Origin: Octopus vulgaris
Lineage: Eukaryota
Reading direction: 5' to 3'
NCBI GenBank assembly: GCA_951406725.2
Contig: OX597826.1
Span: forward strand, 2,666,001 to 2,730,000
Length of the DNA stretch: 64,000 nt
Every line of letters starts with the position of its first letter. Position 1 is the stretch's first letter. The notes under the pieces were generated by a model. That model was not told where the DNA came from. It ran no database searches and worked only from the letters and a program-made list of their open reading frames with translations. The translations under genes and the position numbers were made by a program. Below, piece by piece: positions 54,678 through 64,000 of the stretch.

Positions 54678-55426
54678 GATATATATATACATATATACAT
54701 ATATATACATATATACATATATATATGAAGATATTTATATTTATATGTATACATATAAGTATGTGTGTGAGTATATATGTATTTGTTTGTATATATATAT
54801 ATGTACATATATATATATACATATATACTTCATTTATTTAGGAAAAAGGATAATATACTACATATTCCATGTCATCCCTATTTCAAATATCCTTTGTGTA
54901 GATAAATGCAACTTCATTAAAATTCAAGAATAGTGTTTGTTCGAACTGTAAGAAGGAACTGCTGTTTTCATTAATTATTATAGATGACAAATGAATAACA
55001 ATATTAGTGATTGTTATTTATTGTGTTTGCCTTTCTGTGTCCCCCACCTTAACTCTTGTTTACACTTAATGGCTTCTGCTTTGAATGTTGAATCCTCAGT
55101 TCACCCGTTGTATAATTCCTATATACAACGGGTATATACGAATATAATCGTAAGCATAGAGACAGACACAGATAGAAACAGCTCTACACAAATACACACA
55201 TACACAGACGCGAATCCACCTAATACAAACCTACAACCACATATGTATATACACCTGTATATATATACGTAATTGTTTATTCACGGCCGTACATGTTGCA
55301 GTATGTCATTTAAAGCCCGCTCACAGTATTCGACTTCCTGTTGTCATTAACTGAATGGAGCCGTATAGTGACGGATGGGCTTCATGAATTCATTCGTGTC
55401 CGTAGAATGTTCAATTCTCTCTCTCT

Positions 55427-55519
<93 letters not shown>

Positions 55520-55520
<1 letters not shown>

Positions 55521-55715
55521 CGGGTGGAGAATTCACAAAAGAAAAGAAAAGACGAAGACAGGTGGTGTAGACAGCAAACAGATGTATTAGTTTAACGCTC
55601 GTGAAATGAAAATGTCTTTAACGCTTCGAACCTACGCCCTTCCACAGAAAGGGACACAGAAAGAAACAAGGAGGGAAAATAAAGGGAGAAAATAAAGAAT
55701 ATGTAGTGGCTACCG
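55520..55715 (-). mobile_element. Family H3 repeat abutting (TA)n
   Basis: The minus strand reads cttt-ctgtgga-a-gggc(gtag)gttc-gaagcgtt-aaag, a degenerate hammerhead-like motif. Confidence 0.7.
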
Positions 55716-56596
55716 ATGTATTCGTATGTGCATGTGTGTTTCCGCGTTTTTGTCTGTGTATATATAATGATGATGATGCTGATGGAAAAATTAATTTGCC
55801 AGAAATAATACTTAAAGAAACACACTGAATCACACTCTTCCCTTCACCAGCTGGTGGTCGAATTTCTTCACAAATTTTGATCCATTCCTTCAAAAATTGT
55901 TTAACTTGATGATGTTAGCAACATAAACGATTCAGGTATAGACATGCTTACAAGATAGATTAAGAAGGACAGAAATACCATTCGTAAAGCGAATGATAAA
56001 TAATGGCGATTTGTGATTGGAGAAGGTCAATTAAGTTGGTGGTAATGGCCGTAATCAATTACGGGTATCATATCTTCGAAGTGGTGGCTGCTTAAGGTAC
56101 ACAAAAATATGGTGGGTGGACTAGGAAATTTTTATGCGGCGCAATGTGGTAGTGCGTAACTGGAATGCCATATTAGATGCATATTATATATCTGTGGGTT
56201 TAGCGGCTAGCAGAGGGAAAGTGTAAAGCGTCACAGACCTGCTCCAATGATCCCAGCTCTCTGATAGTTAACGAAGAGATTTCCTGAATTTATCAATCTC
56301 AACATTCGCAAACCGCACCGTCCTGACTGGACATAGATAGAGTATTATTCTGTTAGCCAGTTCGCAACTGTTAGCAAAAGGTTTTGATATCCAGACAAGA
56401 TATTTGTGACCTTTAATGTTAACATAAATACGCTCTATAATCGAGAAACATACCTATTTCGGTGTGGAAAGCTTCTCGTGAAAATGTTTTCGTCTGTATT
56501 ATTTTATACGTAAAACATCTTTCTATTTTCGTAACCATGTCCTTTTAAATGTCCTCTATTTTGGTTCCAAGTGACTAATAGAGAAATGGTCACCAT

Positions 56597-57033
56597 TCTT
56601 TTACTCTTTTACTTGTCTCAGTGATTTTACTGTGGTAATGCTGGAGCACCGCCTTTAGTCGAGCAAATCGACACCAGAACTTATTCTGCGTAAGCCAAAT
56701 ACCTATTCTGTCGGTCTCTTTTGACGAACCGCTAAGTTACGGGGACATAAACACACTAGCATCAGTTGTCAAGCGATGTTGGGGGGGACAAAGACAGACA
56801 CACAAACATATACACAGACATACATATATTTATATATACATATCTACATATATATACATATACATATATATACATATGTACGACGGGCGTCTTTCAGTTT
56901 CCGTCTACCAAATCCACTCACAAGGATTTAGTCGGCCCGAGACTATAGTAGAAGACACTTGCCCAAGTTGCCACGCAGTGGGACTGAACCCAGAACCATG
57001 TGGTTGGTAAGCAAGCTACCTTCCACACAGCCA
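56597..57033 (-). mobile_element. SINE family A, near full-length
   Basis: Reverse complement of 33668-34088. Confidence 0.88.
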
Positions 57034-58249
57034 ATATTAGATGAAGCGCAAGAACCGAGGTTAAGACCATATTTAAGAACATTAAATATGGCATGTGGGA
57101 AAAGCAGTGGTCGCAGAGGTAGCCCACAAATTGGGAAAATCAGGAACCGTCAGTTATCTGCTCCATAACCAAGAAGGCCATCTTAAAATTATACCCGAAG
57201 TGTAGTGGTTTACATAGAAAACCGGATTTAAATACCCGTGATAGTTGTTTCTGCTGAGAGGCAGACGAGTAATAAGCAATAACGGAGGCAACAACAAAAA
57301 GGTAGGTTCTGGTATCCGCTTCTGATCGAGTATCAGTCGTTGTAGCTTCGCAGATAACTCGAGAGTTTTTCTTCCTCCTCATGATCGGTAGCCAAAAAAA
57401 AAAAAATAACAGGACATCGTCAACCGAAGTGCCACAGGAGAAATCCAGAAGATGGAAATATCTAGAGCTTGTATATCCTTTGAGTTGCAAGCTGGTGTCG
57501 CGTAACTAATTTTAGTTAACACAAGGTGAATGGAATACCAAATATTTAGCCTTCCCTCGGCGCATTAGCTTTTAAAATTGTGAACTAATAACGTCAGAAG
57601 CTGTCATTTGTTTGAATCTGCTCCAAAGAACGAAACAAAGGCTTCATGGAGGCAGTGAATTCCTAAGCAACCATAAGATATCTGAGGTAAACCTCTCAGT
57701 AATAGAGCTTTTCTTTTCTTGTCTGAATAAAAGATACGAGCAAAAGAAATTTCCGAAATGAAACAATGGATATTGCATCAGATTTTTAGATCCAGCTGCT
57801 GAAGAATACCAATACAATAAAATTCCAACGGAACTGTATTGTGTTGGTGTACAAAATCACCTGAGATTACACTTAATAAAGTTACATAAATCTCACAAAA
57901 AAATTAGGACATGAAACAAATACTTGTTAAATTTGGAACAGACGCATACATAATGAAAAACTTCAAGAAACACAGTACAAAATACACCGCATCCAGTCGT
58001 ATATTTAAACAGATAATCGACTCTAAAAATCACCATATCAGTAACACACCACAAGCATGTGACTCTGAGAACAATTGGTCAATCGAATATACAAAATTGA
58101 AATTAAATGTGAAATTGTAAACTTGAGTGTTACAATTGTTTACTTTAGACATACTAACAAAACCTTCTTTCATAGTGTTACCATATATTAACAATTTCCA
58201 AAGTCTATACCACACAACAAAAACGAATATTACATGACAAAAATTATTT

Positions 58250-58642
58250 TCTTCTCTAGGCACAAGGCCCGAAAATTTTTTTCACCGGGGAAGTGGGCAG
58301 TCGATTAGATCGACCTCAGTACGCAACTGGTACTTAATTTCGAAAGGACGAACAATAAAGTCGACCTTGGCGGAATTTGATCTCAGAAGGTAAAGACAGA
58401 TGAAATACCTATTTCTTTACTACCCACAAGAGGCTACACACAGAGGGGACAAACAAGGACAGACAAACGGATTAAGTCGATTATATCGACTCCAGTGCGT
58501 AACTGGTACTTATTTAATCGACCCCAAAAGGATGAAGGGCAAAGTCGATCTCGGCGGAATTTGAACTCAGAACGTAGCGGCGGACGAAATACCGCTAAGC
58601 ATTTCGCCCGGCGTGGTAACGTTTCTGCCACCTCGCCACCTT
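58250..58642 (-). mobile_element. SINE family B dimer-like copy
   Basis: Two tandem family B units ending gtttctgccacctcgccacctt. Confidence 0.85.
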
Positions 58643-58715
58643 TACAAGGAAAAACATTAAATGATAAAATGTTCATACTTTATAAAATCCACTACAAAAA
58701 TAGATCATGTAAGTC

Positions 58716-58770
<55 letters not shown>

Positions 58771-58772
58771 CA

Positions 58773-58931
58773 TATAAGAGGGGATGACCAATAAGTGGAC
58801 ATCCATTATACTAGAAGTCGCCCCCCTATGGTCTTACCACTTTTCTTGAGAACATTCCTTTCTTAGTGGTAAGACCATAGGGGGCGAGTTCTAGCATAAT
58901 GGATGTCCACTTAGTGGTCATCCCACTTATA
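58773..58931. repeat. ~160-bp hairpin with ~65-bp arms
   Basis: tataag..gggatgacca.taagtggacatccattat.ctagaa.tcgcccc..tatggtcttaccact and its reverse complement around a short spacer. Confidence 0.85.
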
Positions 58932-59312
58932 TATCATGTAATATAATTTTTCTGAATCTTCAGATTTTTTTATATGTTAGACCACTGGTTTTAAATTGAT
59001 ATTAATCCAATCAATATTCAATTTTTCACCCTTATTATTTTAACCTCACAAAAAAACGAACAGAATTGCTTTTTTCCGAAGGGCCATCACAAATCCAATC
59101 AGTCGATAAGAAACGATACATGGCAAGTATAAAGCTTCTTAACGTTAGACTATCTGGATATGTCAAATGTGGTTTTAGGAAATATATTGTTCTTAACTAG
59201 CTGAATCTAAAACTCCAAGAAATAAAACGTGACTACAATTGTGTATTTAATGAAAACCAGGCTCACACACTCGCGCGCGTGATTATATATATGTTTGTAT
59301 ATATTTTGATGC

Positions 59313-59362
<50 letters not shown>

Positions 59363-59722
59363 TATATATAAAATACAAAATGGGACAAGAGCGCAAAACA
59401 ACCAGAAGACGATACAAAAAACACGGACGGGTCATTCGAAGCCTTCAATCTTCAGTCAAGAACCGAATTATTCTCGCAATTTCGGCTGATTAATTTTGAG
59501 ATTGCTCCAATCTGGCCACATACATAAATACATACAATTTTTTTAATACATATATTATCTCTCTCTCACTTTCGCCCTCCCTCTCTATATATGTGTGTGT
59601 ATATATATATATGCATGTGTGTATATATTTGTATATATATATATGTATGTATATGTGTGTGTATGCGTGTATGCATAAATTTATATATATATGTGTGTGT
59701 GTGTGTGCGTATATACATACAC

Positions 59723-59820
<98 letters not shown>

Positions 59821-60086
59821 AGTGCGGGTACCAGGGAGACCAGAAAATATTTTTAAGTCCCTTTGTAGCAACTTTGATCACCACAAAACCCGCAAACCAC
59901 CCTAGCCTTGCAGACTTTTGGATACATGTCGATTATTTAATGTGACATGACAAACGATTCCAGCCTCCACCTGAATCTGCTGTGAAGATCGCTCCGCCGC
60001 CTTTCCTTTACCGGGAACGATAATCATTTTTATGTGTCTGATATTGATGGCGAGGTAAGTTGTCTAGCCAACGAGAATGAAATAGC

Positions 60087-60138
60087 TGAAGACATACTCA
60101 CTCCTCTTCTGATGAAGACATACTCACTCCTCTTCTGA
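60087..60138 (+). repeat. Perfect 26-bp tandem duplication
   Basis: tgaagacatactcactcctcttctga twice. Confidence 0.95.
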
Positions 60139-60684
60139 TCAACCCAGATGGACTTTTACAAGGTGAAAAGGGAGCCGAGAGAGCAGCACGGACTGCTGCC
60201 TTCGAGTAAAAATGTTAAAGCAAAGCTTGGAGTAGGAAGCATTATCCAAGTGAGCCGGCCAACGCTGATCGCGTGATTTTAGATTTAAAAAAGAACAGCT
60301 GGATAAAGGCGCATGTTTCATTAATCAGGGCAACCGTCCTTCTGTGTTTTCGTAAATCTTCTCTACTGCAAAATGCTCCTTCTTTAAAATTTTATTCTTT
60401 CCATGCCGCGTTTTCTTACAATTACTTTACGGACACACAAACATATGTGCACACAACACATACAAACTGTTTGAGTTTGTAATCTTCTCGTCATAATGTC
60501 TTGTATTTAAGTGAAGTTTGATGACTACTAGGGAAGCTAACATCACCCACATTATTAGGACTGGAGTCTTTGTTATTAGTATTGCTATGATTAATGCGGT
60601 GTCAATAAGAGGGAGTATCAATGAACTATAGAGTCACCTTCACTCCTACAAATTGTTGGCCATGTGCCAATTTGAGAAAAAATT

Positions 60685-61183
60685 GTTCTTCTTCTCCTTC
60701 TGCTTCTTCTTTTTCTTCTTCTTCTTCTTCTTCTTCTTCTTCTTCTTCCCTTCTTCTTCTTCTTCTTCCCCTTCTTCTTCTTCTTCTTCTTCTTCTTCTT
60801 CTTCTCCTTCTTCTTCTTCTTCTTCTTCTTCTTCCCTTTCCTCCTCTGCTTCTTCTTCTTCTTCTGTTTCTCCTTCTTCTTTTTCTTCTTCTTCTTCTTC
60901 TTCTTCTTCTTCTTCTTCTTCTTCTCCTTCTTCTTCTTCTTCTTCTTCTTCTTCTTCTTCTTCTTCTTCTTCTTCTCCTTCTTCTTCTTCTCCTTCTTCT
61001 TCTTCTTCTTCTTCTTCTTCTTCTTCTTCTTCCCTTTCCTCTTCTTCTTCTTCTTCTTCTCTTCTTCTTCTTCCTCTTCTTCGTCTTATTATTATTGTTA
61101 TTGTTATTATTATTATTATTAATATTATCATTATTATCATTATTATTATTATTATTATTATCATTATTCGTAGTAGTAGTAGC

Positions 61184-61282
<99 letters not shown>

Positions 61283-61283
61283 T
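60685..61283. repeat. Compound (TTC)n-(ATT)n-(AGT)n microsatellite
   Basis: Visible arrays, which produce the poly-L, poly-S and poly-E ORFs. Confidence 0.95.
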
Positions 61284-61534
61284 GTATGTAAGACGGCGAA
61301 CTGGCAGAATCATTTGCACGCCGGACACAATACTCGGCATCATTTGGCCCGCCTTTGCATTCTGAAATTAATAACTTCCACCGGATTCACCTCTGCCTTG
61401 TACTATTTCACTGGTTTTAGAAGAAGTAGCAGTTACGCACTGGGCTTGATGGAATCGAGTAACCGCCTTCTGTCTATTCTACTACTATCATCATTGTCAT
61501 CATTTTCAACATCATCGTCGTCGTAGCCATACTA

Positions 61535-61539
61535 CTAAT

Positions 61540-61634
<95 letters not shown>

Positions 61635-61833
61635 TATTCCCATCGCCATTCCCATCGTCCATGGGGAATAATGATATTGCACATCGTCATCCTCCTCCTC
61701 GCCCTTCTCTTCGTTGTCCTCCTCCTCCTCATCATCACCATCATAATCATCGTTGTCATCATCATCATCATTATCCTTATTCTTGGTATTATGATACTGC
61801 TCCTTTTTCTTGTCCTTATTATCATTATTATTA

Positions 61834-61882
<49 letters not shown>

Positions 61883-62076
61883 CAATAAAAGCTTATTTAA
61901 TATTAGAAAATACTAAACACGTGCCAGAATTTAATCGAATCTTGAATTTCACTTAACATTTAATGTTAGATAATCGAAAGTTATCTTCTTTTTTTCCTTG
62001 TTTTCCATTAACTGAGTTTAATATCTAAGCTATATTGAAAAAGGAAGAAAATTACAAAATAAACAAAATAAATTTA

Positions 62077-62117
<41 letters not shown>

Positions 62118-62161
62118 TGATGATGATGACGATGATCATGTTGATGATCATGATGATGGTG

Positions 62162-62237
<76 letters not shown>

Positions 62238-62244
62238 TAATAAC

Positions 62245-62312
<68 letters not shown>
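61535..62312. repeat. Cluster of (AAT)n/(ATC)n/(ATT)n microsatellites
   Basis: Visible arrays at about 61540-61632, 61820-61885 and 62078-62312. Confidence 0.9.
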
Positions 62313-63615
62313 CGAAACTAGAATTGAAGTATAGATCATCAAATTGTATTGAGATTTCTGCGAGAAGAAAACTTCATGTTTTGAACCGATTCCAATCTAA
62401 CAGTAATTTAATTTTTTCAAAATTTCTTTCCAGTTTAATACACACGTATTACGCGAAATATGATTTGAAAACGTATAAAGAATGTTATTATGACATTTGT
62501 CATAAATATATCTATTGTACACAAGAGAAAATATAATCAATTCAAAGCTGAAATATCCAGAATGATATCTATATTTTCCATAGAAATCGTAGAGGCCACT
62601 CATGTTTTCCGTTAGTCTTTGTAGTTAATAGGGAAACTGATTTGTTCTGTAGGTGTTTTGAAGTTTAAACCATAAATGCCTTCGATTCATATTGTTATGC
62701 CAGAACCTTTTTGAAAATTCAACTTCAAGAAGATCATTGCAGGAATATTATAAGAACAACGCAGAAAAGGAGGAAAAGAACCACATAAATAGTACACAGC
62801 AGAAAGTTATATAAACAAGTCGGACGCTCAGTTTATGATGCTGTACCCACTATTCTCGTGGAGACATATTCAGCATACACCAACTCAATTTCGCATTAAA
62901 AGTAATCCTGTACAAAATTTGTGAGAACAGAAATGAGCCCGTCGTATATTTCTCCCATTTTTCTGCCTTCTCAACTCCCCTAACCTTTACCATATTTACG
63001 CCGAATCAAATTCCACGTCGCACTGTTCACACCCTTACCATTGCACCTATCTCTCAACAGAGATACTCTCCTTTATATGCACAGAACACCACACATATTC
63101 CTATCTTCCGAACTCCACATCAGACACCTACATTCTCAAACGCCCCTAAACGCATTTGTAAAAATTCTCTACCCTCTTTTCCACCATACTTCTCTTTTAT
63201 ATGATCTCTAATTCATTTATTGATTATTTGAAGTATTCCTCAACGTCGAATCCTTTCCTTTTCGTTTCAAGCGTGAAACAAATAATACTTTTCGTGTTTG
63301 CTTTTTTTCTCTCATTCATCACACACACATACGCACATTAATACATACATAGATATACACACCCGTGTGTATGTGTGTGTTTGTGTTTTGTCCCCTACCA
63401 TCATTGCTTATCAACCCTTGTTCGCTTGTTTACATCCCTCGTAACTTAGCGTTCCGCGCAAAAGAGATCGATTGAGTACTAGGGTCATTTTGCTCAACTA
63501 AATGCATTCACGGTGGTGCTCCAGTATAGCCATATTCCAGTTACTGAAATAAATGAGACTGACATACGTAAAAGATAACACACACACATGCACACACACA
63601 ACACACATGCACACA

Positions 63616-63649
<34 letters not shown>

Positions 63650-63680
63650 GAACATTTACCTAGACAATATGTTCGCTCTA

Positions 63681-63728
<48 letters not shown>

Positions 63729-63729
63729 T

Positions 63730-63977
63730 TAGATATGTTTCGACCAAAGATTGGTCCAGGCCATGTCTAACTTAATAGCACCACCTGATAGGATTATCTA
63801 AATCCTGTTTAAGTCAAGTTTTGTTTATGGTCCATTCAAGTAGTGAGATCTTGTTGAGTGAGTTGTATCCAAGTATGGGTGGCTTATCCGGAATTCCTTA
63901 AAGAAATCTTTCCAGACTCCGTTTAAAAGTGATGGGATCCTTTTCCTCTTTGATCTCTTTCGGGACAATGTTAAACA
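63730..63977 (-). mobile_element. 3' end of a CR1/L2-like LINE
   Basis: The minus frame reads FNIVPKEIKEEKDPITFKRSLERFL*GIPDKP. A 3' tail agttagacatggcctggacc is related to ~22535-22572. Confidence 0.65.
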
Positions 63978-64000
63978 TATGTATATATAAAGATATATAT

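Noticed and set aside
57800-58240. Possible hAT-like transposase remnant on the minus strand (LWKLLIYGNTMKEGF)
   Set aside because: The similarity is too short and weak to call without a profile search.
59425-59520. Additional hammerhead candidates (also ~22745-22835)
   Set aside because: CUGANGA-like and GAAA segments exist, but I could not assemble them into a consistent three-helix fold.
60621-61526. 301-aa poly-Leu/Val ORF and overlapping poly-Ser and poly-Glu ORFs
   Set aside because: They are translations of trinucleotide microsatellites.

Overview
This is AT-rich, microsatellite-saturated eukaryotic non-coding DNA. I infer a coleoid cephalopod (Octopus-like) from the repeat landscape, but cannot prove it. 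I found no host gene exons, and almost all listed ORFs are translations of simple repeats. The window holds a ~6.6 kb near-identical duplication around a 100-N gap, probably an unmerged allelic contig overlap. It also holds three abundant tRNA-headed SINE families, decayed DNA transposons (mariner, Tc1, Tc3-like, Merlin-like) and LINE fragments (RTE, CR1/L2). The most notable element is a young Penelope-like retroelement (PLE; RT C-terminus, Cys-rich linker, GIY-YIG endonuclease) at 48957-51720. It has a head-to-head inverted structure, and each arm carries a minimal hammerhead-ribozyme motif. Further minimal hammerhead motifs occur in several short non-autonomous repeat families, including one with a tRNA-like Pol III head. 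This suggests a PLE-driven set of ribozyme-bearing retroposons. Several short local templated duplications are also present.
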